A DNA stretch of 64,000 nucleotides from the human T2T-CHM13v2.0 reference genome, Homo sapiens. The notes beneath the pieces are model-generated. The model had not been told where the DNA came from. It saw nothing but the letters and a program-made list of their open reading frames with translations, and made no database searches. The stretch lies in assembly GCF_009914755.1 (NCBI RefSeq), contig NC_060926.1; one strand, given 5' to 3'. This document shows positions 27,020 through 44,200 of the stretch, in pieces (within the stretch, counting starts at the first letter, position 1; the number at the start of each line of letters is the position of its first letter). The position numbers were made by a program, and so were the translations under genes.

Positions 27020-28056
27020 TTTTGTTTTATAGGTCCTGTGTGATATATGCTTTAAAGAAGTTCTGTTTTCATATGTTTCCAGGATTCATTTCAAGATTTA
27101 GAGCTCCTTTTAGCAGTTCTTATAGTGGTGGCTTGGTAATCGTGAATTCTCTCAGCCTTTGCTTGTCTGAAAATGACTGTATCGTTTCATCATATTTGAT
27201 GCTTAGTTTTCCTGGATACAAAATTATTAGCTGATAAGTATTTTATTTGAGGAGGCTGAAGATAGGTCCCCAGTCCCTTCTAGTTTGTAGGGTTTGTGCT
27301 GAGAAATCTGCTGTTAATCTGATAGGTTTTCCTTTATAGGTTACCTGGTGCTTCTGTCTCACAGCTCTTAAGATTCTTTCCTTCATCTTAACTTTGGATA
27401 ACCTGATGACAATGTGCCTAGGAGAAGACCTTTTTGCAAAGAATTCCCAGGTATTTTTGTGCTTCTTGGATGTCTAGGTCTTTCACAAGGCCTGGGAAAT
27501 TTTCCTTGATTACTCCCCCAAATATATTTTCCAGGCTTTTGGAATTCTCTTCTTCCTCAGGTACACCAATTATTTTTAAGTTTGGCTGTTTAACATAATC
27601 CCAGACTTCTTGGAGGATTTGTTCATATTTTCTTATTCTTTCTTCTTTGTCTTTGTTGGATTGGGTTAATTTGAAGACTTTGCCTTCGGGCTCTGAATTT
27701 CTTTTTTCTACTTGTTCAATTCTGTTGCTGAGACTTTCCAGAGCATTTCGCATTGCTAAAAGTGTGTCCAAAGTTTTCTGAATTTTTTGTTGTTTTTTCC
27801 TTAAGCTATCTATTTCCTTGAATATTTCTCCCTTCACTTCTTGTATCATTTCTTGAATTTTCTTGCATTGGATTTCACCTTTCTCTGGCCCCTCCCTCAT
27901 TAGCTTAATAACTAACCTCGTGAATTCTTTTTCAGGTAAATCAGGGATTTCTTCTTGGTTTGGATCCATTGCTGATAAACTAGTGTGATTTTGGGGGGTT
28001 GTTGAAAAGCCTTGTTTTGTCATATTAACAGGGTTGGTTTTCTGGTTCCTTCTCAT
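27020..28056 (-). pseudogene. Disrupted L1 ORF1
   Basis: 212-aa ORF 27418-28056 with coiled coil and LQEVWDYVKQPNLKIIGVPEEEE motif; frameshifted downstream. Confidence 0.9.
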
Positions 28057-29149
28057 TTGGGTAGTCTCTGTCAGAGGGAAGGTCTAGGTCTGAAGGCTGT
28101 TGTTCAGACCCTTTTGTCCCACGGTGTGTTCCCTTGATGTAGTACTCTTCCCTTATTCCTATATACCCTTTGTCTTCTGCTACCAGGGTGGGTAGGGATG
28201 GACCGTTAGGTGGGGGCGGGGCTAGGCATGTCTGAGCTCAGAATCTCCTTGGGCAGGTCTTGCTGGGGCTGCTGTGGGGGATGGTGGTGAGAGTCCCAGG
28301 TCACTGGAGTTGTGTACTTGGGAGGATTATGGCTGCCTCTGCTGAGTCATGAAGATTTTCAGGCAAGTGGGGGAAAGCCGGCAGTCACAGACCACACCCA
28401 GCTCCCACACAAACTGAAGGGATGGTCTCATTCCCACCGTGCCTGAAGTGATGGTCTCATTCCCACCATGCCTCCCCAAGAGCCCAGAGTCCATTTCCAG
28501 GCTGAGGGCAAGACTGGCTTGAAAACTTGCCTAGGGCTATCCACCTCCCAGCTGCTAAATAAAAGGGCTTTAGTTCTTCCCCCGCCTTGAAGTCTGCCCA
28601 GCTCTCAGTTCTGGCCAGGAGGGTTCTTGCCCCATTCAAGTTGTTACAAAGTTCAGCTAGAGAATTCCTTCTCCCTCTGGAGTTTTACCTTCTGCTCCTC
28701 TGGCCACCCTCTCGATGGATCCCTGTAGTGCCAGGTAGGAATAGGCTGCTTGGGGACCGAGCGAGCTCCCAGGGCCTTTCTGCTGCTTCCTCTACCGTTG
28801 TATTTCGCTTGGCTCTCTAACTTGACTCAGCTCCAGGTAAAGTCAGAAATGTCTCCCACAAACAGACCTTCAACCTCTCCAGAAAGGGTGTGTGTTCCTT
28901 TCCGGAGAGGAAGATCTGCTTTTCCCACTTCCACAGTTGGGATACTTACAATATTTGGGGTGTCTCCCGGGTCCTGCAGGAGCAGTCTGCTTACTTCAGT
29001 TGGTCTGTAGGTCCTCTCAGGGTTGCTGGTTTGCTCTTGCAGTTGATCTGAGCTAAAATTCACAATGCAAGCCTCCACATTCTGCTCTGTCCAGAGCTGC
29101 AATCTAGTCCTGCCTCCCATCTGCCATAATCCCCCTTTTCTTTTCAATA

Positions 29150-32480
<3,331 letters not shown>

Positions 32481-33103
32481 TGTCCATCCACAAACAAGCA
32501 CAAATCTACTAGAATTTTTTAAAGTACAATATTTGTGAAGTCTTTATGCATATATGAGAGTACAAACATTTCTTAGTTTTCTACCAAAACTCATTTTAAT
32601 GGATGATTGACAAATACTTTCAGGTCATAAAAGAGGACTTCTGCTGACAGTGTTCTGAAATCCGGTCTTTGTGCACATTGTTTTGCTGCATATTTTAATG
32701 TTTTACAGTGAGATGTATGAAATAGTAATCTAAATATTCTCTCCCTCTATTCTCTACAGTGCTGCCACAGACAGTGTTATATGTCACATCCAAGGGGTGT
32801 TGTTAGGTAACAACAGATGTTGTTCAACACTTTTATCCATTTGAGAAGATTACCATTGCTGTACTGGAGGCATATAATGTTTTCATAAAGTTAACTAGTT
32901 AAAAAATGCGTCATCTTTATTTCAAGGTGACCATTCATTATGTTCTTCCAAAGCTTTAAGGAAAGCTAGATATAAACTTCAGCTGTGACTAACACCAAAC
33001 AGAATTCTTTGACATCTGAGCCAGCTGTTCCTCCATTTGAACAATGTTTAATTTCTGAACTGATGAAAAAATTTTATCTTTAAATGAAGCAATGACTTTG
33101 TAT

Positions 33104-35924
33104 TTGACTATCTCTTTTTTTAAAATTAAGGCAGTGCATAGTGGCAGCTTATTTATTTATTTTTAATATACATTAAGTTCTGGGATACATGTGCAGAATA
33201 GGCAGGTTTGTTACATAGGTATACTTGTGCCATGGTGGTTTGCTGCACCTATCAACCCGTCATCGACATTAGGTATTTCTCCTAATGCTATTCCTCCCCT
33301 TGCCCCCCACCACCCGCAGGCCCTAGTATGTAATGTTCCCTTATCTGTGCCAATATATTCTCATTGCTCAACTCCCACTTATGAGTGAGTACATGCAGTG
33401 TTTGGTTTTCTGTTCCTGTGTTATTTTGCTGAGAATGATGGTTTCCAGCTTCATCCATGTCCCTGCAAAGGACATGAACTCATTCTTTTTTGATGGCTAC
33501 ATAGTATTCCATGGTGTATATGTGCCACATTTTCTTTATCCAGTCTAACATTGATGGGAATTTGGGTTGGTTTCAAGTCTTTGATATTGTGAATAATGTT
33601 GCAATAACATTATGTGTGCATGTGTCTTTATAGTAGAATGATTTATAATCTTTTGGGTATATACCCAGTAATGGGATTGCTGGATCAAATGGTATTTCTG
33701 GTTCTAGGTCCCTAAGGAATCACCACAGTCTTTTCCACAATGGCTGAACTAATTTACACTCCCACCAACAGTGTAAAACCATTCCTATTTCTCCACATTC
33801 TCTCCAGCATCTGTTGTTTCCTGATTTTTTTAATGATCACCATTCTAACTGGCATGAGATGGTATCTCACTGTGGTTTTGATTTGCATTTCTCTAATGAC
33901 TAGTGATGATGAGCTTTTTTTCATATATTTGTTGGCTGCATAAATGTCTTCTTTTGAAAAGTGTCTGTTCATATCCCTCACGCACTTTTTGATGGGGTGG
34001 TTTTTTCTTGTAAATTTGTTTAAGTTCATTGTAGATTCTGGATATTAGCCCTTTGTTAGATGAATAGATTGCAAAAATTATTCCTTAGAAGAAAAACTAA
34101 CAAGCAGAAAGCAATAGCATCAACGTCAATAAAAAAGACGACCACGCAAAAACTCCTTCCAAAGGTCACCAACAGCAAAGACCAAAGGTAGGTAAATACA
34201 CAGAGATGAGAAAAAAAAAAACAGCGCAAAAAGGCTGAAAATTCCAAAAACCTGAGTGCCTCTTTTTCTCCAAAGGATCACAACTCTCCGCCAGCAAGGG
34301 AACAAAACTAGATGAAGAATGAGTTTGATGAATTGACAGAAGTAGACTTCAGAAGGCGGGTAATAACAAACTCCTCTGAGCTAAAGGAGCATGTTCTCAC
34401 CTAACCCAAGGAACCTAAGAACCTTGATAAAAGGTTTCAGGAATTGCTACCTAGAATAACCAGTTTAGAGCAGAACATAAATGACCTGATGGAGCTGAAA
34501 AACACAGCACAAGAACTTTGTGAAGCATACACAAGTATCAATAGCCGAATCAATCAAGTAGAAGAAAGGATGTCAGAGATTGAAGATCAACTCAATGAAA
34601 TAAAGCATGAAGACAAGATTAGAGAAAAAAAGAATGAAAAGGAATAAACAAAGCTTCCAAGAAATATGGGACTATGTGAAAAATACCAAACCTACATTTG
34701 ATTGGTGTACCTGAAAGTGATGGGGAGAATGGAACCAGGTTGGAAAACACTCTTCAGGATATTATCCAGGAGAACTTCTCCAACCTAGCAAGGCAGGCCA
34801 ACATTCAAATTCAGGAAATACAGAGAGCACCACAAAGATACTCCTTGATAAGAGCAACCCCAAGACACATAATCATCAGATTCACCAAAGTTGAAATGAA
34901 GGGAAAAATGTTAAGGACAGCCAGAGAGAAAGGTTGGGTTACCCACAAAGGGAAGCCCCTCAGACTAATAGTGGATCTCTCGGCAGAAACCCTACAAGCC
35001 AGAAGAGAGTGGGGGCTAATGTTCAACATTCTTAAAGAAAAGAATTTTCAATCCAGAATTTCATATCCAGCCAAACTAAGTTTCATAAGTGAAGGAGAAA
35101 TAAAATCCTTTACAGACAAGCAATGCAGAGGGATTTTATCACCACCAGGCCTGTCTTACAAGAGCTCCTGAAGGAAGCAGTAAATATGGAAAGGAAAAAC
35201 CAGTACCAGCCACTGCAAAAACAAACCAAAATGTAAAGACCATCAACACTATGAAGAAACTGCATCAACTAATGGGCAAAATAACCAGCTAGCATCATAA
35301 TGACAGGATCAAATTCACACATAACAATATTAACCTTAAATGTAAACAGGCTAAATGCCCCAATTAAAAGGCACAGACTGGCAAATTGGATAGAGTCAAG
35401 ACCCATCAGTGTGCTGTATTCAGGAGACCCATCTCACGTGCAAAGACACACATAGGCCCAAAATAAAGGGATGGAGGAAGATTTACCAAGCAAATGGAAA
35501 GCAAAAAAAAAAAAAAGAAAAAAGCAGAGTTTGCAATTCTAGTCTCTGATAAAACAGACTGTAAACCAACAAAGATCAAAAAATTCAAAGAAGGGCATTA
35601 CATAATGGTAAAGGGATCAATGCAACAAGAAGAGCTAACTATCCTAAATATATATGCACCCAATACAGGAGCACCCAGATTCATAAAGCAAGTTCTTAGA
35701 GACCTATAAAGAGACTTAGACTCCCATACAATAATAGTGGGAGACCTTAACACCCCACTGTCAATATTAGACTGATCAACAAGACAGAAAATTAACAAGG
35801 ATATTCAGGACTTGAACTCAGCTCTGGACCATGCAGACCTAATAGACATCTACAGAACTCTCCACCCCAAATCAATGGAATATACATTCTTCTCAGCACC
35901 CCATAGCACTTGACTATCTCTTTT
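33104..35924 (-). mobile_element. 5'-inverted L1PA (PA7/8-like): antisense 3' end 33149-34080, sense ORF1 and ORF2 N-terminus 34085-35910
   Basis: Perfect 15-bp TSD TTGACTATCTCTTTT at 33104-33118 and 35910-35924, followed by AA (TTTT/AA endonuclease site). ORF1 peptides IGVPESDGENG..., ORF2 start ATGACAGGATCAAATTCACAC at ~35300. Confidence 0.93.
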
Positions 35925-37441
35925 AAACTAGACTATATGTATTTCATTTCTGTGTATTGAGAAAATAAATAATATTAATTGATACACTGATAACTAGCAG
36001 TGTTTTTAGAGCAATAAAAGTAAAATCTTACAAATCATATCTCATTAGCTTAGTGGCTGTGATTACATGCTGGGCAGTCAATTTCATAAATTCAAATGTG
36101 TTCTCTCTCAGCATATGATAGTCTGTCACATTTTGAAATGGTTGAGTTTTTAGCATTCCTGCTAATATTTGGCATTTTGTGTGATTTCCTTGCAGATGTT
36201 GCAATACAGCTTTAATTTTTAACTTAGAGTGACAGAAAATAATTTTTATATAAGAGTGTCATTGCAGGCAAAATTTCTGAAATTCATGTTTTTAAAAAAT
36301 TGTGCTTTTTTAGTTCTAATATTTCAATGTTTATGTCTAATTTAATATCTATATTGTTAAATTGCATCAGTATATTACTGAATTAAGAAATCATTTTTGT
36401 CTGTTTATTCTCAATAAGGACACGTATAGTGATTTGGGGAAGACAATGTCCTAATTATTTGTAAAAGTAATTTGAAACAAAAGGTATAGAAAAACACATA
36501 GAATGCATTGTTAGGAAGCTTGGCTCTAACCGAGACTTTCAAGGATGTTCATACAATAGTCTGATGTTTTAAAATTGGAAGTCTTTTATTTTGTAAATAT
36601 TTTTAAAATTTTTGTGGGTACATAGTAAGTGTTTGTATTAAGTCTTTTCAATATAATGAGATAAAAAGCATAAAAAGGTTTGAGAAAGTGTGGAAAACAT
36701 CAACCTCAGGCCAACCTACTCTCAATGTTTTTTTTCATATAAACATAATGGTAATTCCATTAACATGGAAGCTAGGTACTTGGTCACAGGAAAGACAATG
36801 CTACCCATACAGTATTAAATTTGATGTAATGAAAGTGATAAAAATATTCCTTCAAGGAGATGGAAAATACATGAATAAGCTTTAAGAAGCTCAAATTGAA
36901 GAAAATATAATTGAAGAATAAATTGTAGAATTCTGCATGATTTCCAATGCTATGGAAGCCTGCAATTTAAAATCAAGACAAGAAAATAGTCACATTTACT
37001 TCTTTTTCTAGTTATGTTGAATGACTTTCATTCAACTGTAAATTCTACCCTCACAACCTGCAGCATCTATATTATGCAGCTGTTTTAATGGGTGCCTCAT
37101 GGATTTTCATTAACATATTCAGTCAATTAACAGATGCTTTGTAAATTATCTTTCCATTTTATTCTACTTCTCTTCTTTCCCCATGAAATTATTTGCTGTG
37201 GCATCCCTCCATAGGAAATAATGATTTGTCACCAGGGCTCCACAGTGGTCTTGAGTTGTGCAGAATAATTAAGGCACTGAGACTGCCTTTAGTTTCATTC
37301 ATGAGTATGTAGAATATCTCCCTTATCCTCAGCCACCTGTATTTGACACAATCATGGACAACAAAAGAGGAGGGCTACTGACCCACTACTACAGAGATAC
37401 TGTAAATGAAAACAGTAAAAGCAGTAGCTTCTATTGCTCTG

Positions 37442-37748
37442 TGTTTAGTTTGTTTGTTTGTTTGTTTTTGAGAAGGAGTTTTGCTCTTGTTGCCCAGGCT
37501 GGAGTGCAATGGCACGATCTTGGCTCAACCCAACCTGTCTGGGTTCAAGCGATTCTCCTGCCTCAGGCTCCTGAGTGGCTGGGATTACAGGCACACACCA
37601 CCACGCTCAACTAATTTTGTATTTTTAGTAGAGACGGGGTTTCTCCATGTTGTTCAAGTTGGTCTCAAACTCCCGACCTCAGGTGATCCACCCGCCTTGG
37701 CCTCCCAAAGTGCTGGGGTTACAGGTGTGAGCCACCTCACCCAGCCTG
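37442..37748 (-). mobile_element. AluSp/Sq with (TTTG)n tail
   Basis: GAGTTTTGCTCTTGTTGCCCAGGCTGGAGTGCAATGG...TTTCTCCATGTTG. Confidence 0.92.
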
Positions 37749-39763
37749 CTCTCTTTTACTCTTGATCTCACTCTTCCATTTTATCTTCTTTTCTAATCAG
37801 TAATTGAGAGAACTGAGCAGTGCAGGGCTTGGAAGCTAACCTCAAGCTGTCTTCTCAGTCTTCTGTAATCCTATAACCTACATTTTTTTTTCACCAAAAT
37901 CTTATTGGTTTTGTTTTCCAATGTATTGAATCTTCTCTTAAAAAATTACTTTTTCTAAAATTGTATTTCACTTTTCCTATGTTGTGGAAATCTTTATATT
38001 TGAAAAGCTGTGATGAATCAAATAATCAATTACTTATTGTGTCTTCACAATATATTTATCACTGTGTAGTGGATTTTGAAAATGTAAGAGAAGGACAATG
38101 TCCCTGTTGACAAATAGCTTACAATGCACACTGAGAAAGAAGCGGAAAATAGGCATAACTATTAAAATCACATAGTATTCAACATCTGCAGTTTATACAA
38201 AAATTAATCACTATAAATGAGATGTAAATTGTCAATTATAAACCATAACTTTCATAATATTGAAACTATTATACATGAGAGACAAATTTTAAATCATAAT
38301 TTAAAAAACTATTACAAATAAAAATATAATGATTGAAAGTATGAAAGATGGTTTTGCAAAATAAATAACATTTAATTGTAAGATGATGGCTTAATAGAAT
38401 ATAGATGGTTTCTATTTAGAGATAGAAGAAGCATAGAATAATTCAGAAACTTCCAAGAATATGTATGTCATTAGTACGTAAATAATTCACTGAGTTTTGG
38501 CAAAAAATGAAAAAAAAAAAGAAGCATTGATTCTTAGTGAGTCAATCAATATATTCTATGGGGAAAAAAAGACCCGTGATAGCCTTCTTTCTTCAGGAGG
38601 ATAAGGGCAAAAATATTTGCCAACCACTTTGAAGAAACAGGACAATTTACCGTGGTTGCCTTGAGAAACCAGCTAATGACTTCCATAAGTGTCCTTTGTG
38701 TGAAATGAAGACTTTAATATGACATGACAAGGCTCCAAAAAAATACTAACATATTAACTGTGCCAATTTAATTATACTAGAAGGACAAGTTTGGTACAGT
38801 CCTAGACTACTATCTTAGAAAGCTGAAGTTGGAATGTCTTAATCTGTTCACAGAGGTACAGCAAAAGTGGTTTTTACTTTGAGTTAACACTGAGGGTCCC
38901 AGCTTTAATAGCATATTATTTATTTTCTATTAATTATTTTGTATATCATATAGTTAATGTACTAGAGCAAAGAAAAATTCATTTTTGAAAAGTTAATTTG
39001 AAAATACACTCTCTTATTTGAATGGTTTACTCTCTTTAAAATATATTTTAAATGGTAAAATTGCTCTTTCTGTGAAAATAAAATTGTGAAAATAAGTTCT
39101 ACATACAGACTAAAATTCTTAGTATTTTTAAAGTTATGCTATCAGTAGGTATAATTAAAACACATAAGATCTAAGGATTATGTAGTCATAAGTATACATA
39201 ATTGTATATCTTATAGCTTTAATCTCATGTTAACATTTACAATAATCATTGTTGCTTTTAAATTTTAAGTAATTGAGATTAGTACAAAACCAAGTGATTT
39301 TATTTTGATAAAAAATAATTTGTTACATCTTAAACTACTAATATTTTCTAAACTATAACTTTATTCTATGTATCAAATTGACTAATTTCTAATTTGAAAA
39401 TTCTGAAATTAAGTAAAATAAATTATAGTGTATTACATTCTAAAATTTTGATCTGAATGCCAAAATTTCCCAGTTTTGAATTAGTTCTTCATAACTTTCT
39501 AAGTAATTAGCATTTTTTTAAATCTCAGAATTCATTGGTACTTGTTTGTCTTATTTTATATATTGTGATTTGTAGAGATGATATATTAATCAACAATATG
39601 CACAAATAAATTATTATATCATCATATAAGTATATTTTTATTAGATATTAAAGTAATCTTTATGTTTTTTATTAGTTTTGTGAATGCTTGTAAATAGTTC
39701 AGTTGGTTCTGGAAATTAATCTGTGATGGCCAAACATTGGTAATTGCAATAAATTTACTCTGT

Positions 39764-40229
39764 GTTGTAGGCTAAAACATGATGTCCTAAAAGTTGTACA
39801 TCAAATTCCTGGAAACTTGTTTCGAAAAAAAAGGTTTTTGTAAATGTGATTACATTAACAATCTTGAAATGTGGAGATAATTCTAGATTATCTGGTGGTC
39901 CCTATACTCAATGACAAGTGTTCTTATAAGAAAAAGGCAGAGGAGGATTTGAAATAAGCAGAATGCAGAAGACACAGAAAGGAAGAGGAGGCAACATGAT
40001 CCTGGAGTCAGGATTGGAGTGTTGTGGCTGTAAACCAAGGAGCCAGGAACCACATAGAAACTAGAAGATGCAGAGGTTGAATTTCCTCCTGGAACCTCTG
40101 CAGAAGTACAACGCTGCTGACACCTTAATTCCAGAAATCTGGCCTCCAATACTGTGAGAATATATTTATGTGGTTTTAAGTCACCAAGCTTATGGTAATT
40201 TGTAATGGAAACCATAGGAAACAAATACA
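39764..40229 (+). mobile_element. MLT1C/D solo LTR
   Basis: TGTTGTAGGCTAAAA...GGCTGTAAACCAAGGAGCC...AATACTGTGAGAATATATTTATGTGGTTTTAAG...GGAAACAAATACA. Confidence 0.85.
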
Positions 40230-40425
40230 TTATCTAAAATATCAAAGTTGATTATTTTCAAGTAACCTAATAACCTATTGTTTCATTTCTTTCAGAAATT
40301 CTTACTATAGTACTTTAGGGAGCAAAATCCACATCAGAAATTTATATAATACCAAAATGGATGACTTCCAGCAGTAAGACAATACTCTATTTCCAGGTAA
40401 ATATTAAAGCTTTTATTCTTTCAAG

Positions 40426-40640
40426 CAGAGCTTCTCAACCTTGACATTATGAACCCTTTCAGCAGAGAAGATAATTCTCCATTGTTGGATGTCCCATGCA
40501 CTGTAGGCTTTTTAGCAGCATCCTTGGCCTCCATCCATTGGGTGCCAGTGGCAATGTTCACTTGCAACAGTCAAAAAAGTCTCCAGATGCTGTCAAACAT
40601 CCATTGATGTGTAAATGCTCCCCTAATTAAAGAGAACCAT
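40426..40640. mobile_element. MER20 (hAT-Charlie) DNA transposon
   Basis: CAGAGCTTCTCAACCTT...TTTAGCAGCATCCTTGGCCTCCATCCATTGGGTGCCAGTGGCA...GAGAACCAT. Confidence 0.8.
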
Positions 40641-40719
40641 AAAAACATTACTGACAGTGTACCTAGTATTTGGGACAAATTTCTTAGTAACTTTATCTTT
40701 TGAATATTTTATTGTCCAA

Positions 40720-41245
40720 AAAGGGAACAACATCATCTATGAATGTCATTTTCTTCAATGTGACCTTAACAAGCCTACCTTAGAGATCTGGGGTCAGTGT
40801 TTCATCTTGTGTGTATGGGTAGATTTGTGACTACAGTGGAAGTGAAGCTCTGTGACTTTCAAAGCTATTTTATAAGAGACAATACATCTTCTTCTTAATT
40901 CTCTTGAAATGTTTGGCTTTGGAAACCAGCCATCATCCTTTGAAGAAACTCAGGCATCCTATAGACAAGCACGTGGAGAGGAAGCAAAACCCCCAGTTTC
41001 CAGTCCCAGCGGAAGTGCCTGGTGACCTTCAGCCCTATTTGACAGCCATATGATTGAGCCATCTCAAAAGTAGATGTTCTGGCCCTCAGTTGAATGACAG
41101 CAGCTGATGCCACCTGCATCAGGGATTTTCTGTCCTACCAAGCTCTCTCCAATTGCATTTTTGTGAGCAAAATAACTCATTTTTACGAGTTTAAACTGCC
41201 AAATTTTGAGGTGCATTGTTATGTAGTGATAGATAACAAGATCAT
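40720..41245 (+). mobile_element. MLT1 (F/G/H-like) LTR
   Basis: GGAAACCAGCCATCAT...CACGTGGAGAGGAA...TGTTATGTAGTGATAGATAAC. Confidence 0.7.
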
Positions 41246-44200
41246 TATCCCAGTATCCTAAAATACTCAATAAAAAGAGAGGAGCTTTTGAGGAAGACTT
41301 CTCAAATATCTGATTTGATTTTCTCCTTTCTTACTAGCTTTCTTGCTCCTTCCCTTCCTCCTTTTCTTCCTCCCTTTCTTTTTTCCTTTGCTACTTTCCT
41401 TTTCTTTCAAGTTTTACAGGTTTATCTTATACATTGTTGAATACTGATTAGATTTACTTGTATATTTAAAAGTGGCTTATAATACAGATGACAGTGTTTG
41501 CTTTTATGCAACTACAATAAAGTTGTTCAATCAGCTGTAATGCATCCCACTTAATGGAATATTCTGTGCATCATAGTCCTCCTAACATCTTCCACTCATC
41601 CTTCAAAACACAAAACAAGTGAAGTCCTTCCTGGGACATCCAATTATAGTTGATTACTCTAATTTTGTACTGCTAAGACATAAATATTACATTATTTGCT
41701 GCCTTGTGTTCTCTTTTTCTTGTACATAGACATGGAACTTGAGAATGGAGAGTTCATTGCATTATGTCTTTACATTCTGGGTTCAATACAATGTCAGATC
41801 TGTAATAAATGTTGAATAATTGAGCTTGTTATTTGCCAAGTTGAACATTGGAGAACTGTTCATAAAAATCGTGTGTGGTATGAATGTGAATGAGTATAAT
41901 AATAACTTAATGTAAGTCGAAGTCATATAATTGGAAAGGTTGTGATTACCAAGGTAGTAGGAAAATATAATGAATGAATGACAAACTGCATAGGGTTTAC
42001 CCAGTAAGAAATTTTGCATTTCCAGATCATTACTCATGTGATGAATAGCAAGGATAAACATAAAACTGCAATTATGCAATTATGCTTGAAATAAAATCAT
42101 GTGTGTATATTTACATAGTATCAACTAAAGCAAATGTTGCTATTCAAAATATTGTGAAAATTTTGAGACAAAGTGAATTTAGAAAACACTAGAAGTAAAT
42201 AAATCCAGGTGCTAAAATAAATAGCATGAATTAACAAAACCTAGAGAAAGATTTTAGGAAAATGTCTATTTTTAAAAAAGATACATGTCTATGCATTTAT
42301 TTACCTGTGATTATATATAGTTTGAGTCTAAAATCTAAGAATAACTTTTTTTCCTGGGATGTTCATGAAAAGATACAAAAATCCAATCATTCAGTGATCA
42401 ATATAATATGTATATTTATAATTATCTCAAGACTTGGACTTGGGATATTGTGTTATTTAAAAAGTCTCTTCATTTCTTCCTTTCTGGCTTTTTATTTAAT
42501 TTTTTGATAATCAAATACTTAAGAATTTTACAAATACTATATTACATTGAGACTTAATAAAATTACAAGTGAAAAATAAACAAAAAGTTTAATTAAACAT
42601 ACACATTTTGTCTCTAGGAAAACAAGTGGTCTTTGAAAAATGTCAAATTAAGTTGTTATGTTGATTGGTTATGTTATGATGACCTAAGTGGCCTCTTACA
42701 ATACATAATTTCCAGAGTAAAGCAAAAATATATAATTTATAAATTTTATCACATTAAATTTCACATTTTCATAAATAATTCATTGTATGATTTTAATTTG
42801 TTATATACAATAATACATAAACATTATTTTTATAAGCAAATTACAGAGTTCAACAATGCCAAATTATTTCCCCCTTGTGATAATGCCCATTAACTAATTT
42901 TAAGCTATTGACTAGCTGGCTGATTTAAAGTATATGACTTTAAAAGACACTTCTGAAATCTGTACCCCCACTCAAATTAGCATTTGTTACATGCTTGTGC
43001 TCTTACAATTTCTTTGTTTGGTAAACTGCATCCTATTTAGAAGACCTCATGCTTGACATAGTATTGAATGTATATTTTGTTGATTTTCAAAGGCTCACAG
43101 CTGGGATGCTATTCATAAGTAAGCTGAAAGAAAATACTGCTACTCAACATCATGCAGCATTTTTGAGATTCACAATAGTATGTAAATTTTAAGTAATTAT
43201 TACTCATAAAAATCATAAAAATGCTATTTTCTCTTTCCAGATGGACAAATAATCTTAGACCATAAATTGGAGAAATAACTTAAAATGAATCACTTAATGT
43301 CTTTTTGTTTATTACTACTTTTTAAAACCTCTCTCATTATCTATTCTTACTTTATCAGGAAATCAAACACACACCTGAATTCTTAAATAATGAAATGAAA
43401 TATCTGAATCTTTAAAGTATAAGCTTTTTATTGTTCTTTATTACCACCATTTTCATCTTTTTAAAGAAAGGCATCAACTTAAATATATTATAATAGCACT
43501 GAATTGATCCAATTAATTATAACATGGAATGATGAAAAAAAAATCATGTTCTAATTTTGTTGTTTTGTTAGATCCTTTAGAGATCTGAAGACATACCCTC
43601 ACCCTACAACCCACCATATGCTTATGGATTTTTTTTTTTTTTTTAGTTTCTGGTTTAGGAAATAAGAGGAAAATAATTGCAATTACTGTTATTTCTCAAA
43701 TGTACTGCACTCATCTCTGTATGGACATTATGAATTTATTTCAATGGAATTCAAACATCTTTTTTTTCCAGTAGATGTAATATGAAATGCTTGCAATTCT
43801 GTTTTAAATGTTTTCTTAAGCTTTCTGTTTAATGTTATATTAAATAAGTCCGTGTATTGAATGAAGGCTTTTCTAGTGAGATATTAAAATTACGATTGAT
43901 TGTTAACAATTCCAATCTAATCTACTCCAGGAGAAGTTGATTGAAAGAAACAGAACTCCCTGCTTTGAAGTAGACACCTAGTGTGGGAAAAACAGTGCGT
44001 GTCTATACTGAATAAACTACATACTCCACCATAAAAATGAAAAGGAATCCATAGCTGAAATTTTTATGAAAAATGCAACAAAAATATCACAGTATCATAA
44101 TAATATTGTATAATATTATTTTGTATAGCGAATACTGAGGATTCATTTGCCTCTTTTGGACTAGTCCCTATGTGTCATGGTGTCCTGAAACTTAAGCCTC

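Larger units (their letters stand above)
22808..29135 (-). mobile_element. Near full-length L1PB (L1PB1-like) LINE-1, ~6.3 kb, inactive
   Basis: L1PB-type 3' end (GGTACAGGTGGTATTTGG...TTCTTTAGTGGTGATTTGTGAG), ORF2 and ORF1 remnants, 5'UTR beginning GGGGGATTATGGCAGATGGGAGGCAGGACTAG on the minus strand. Confidence 0.92.

Noticed and set aside
22808-29135. Active LINE-1 or novel reverse transcriptase system
   Set aside because: Ordinary old L1PB; both ORFs are fragmented by many stops and frameshifts.
32600-33050. Possible conserved non-coding elements in non-repeat stretches (also ~21320-21500 and ~36040-36270)
   Set aside because: Conservation cannot be judged from one sequence, and no motif cluster is strong enough to call.
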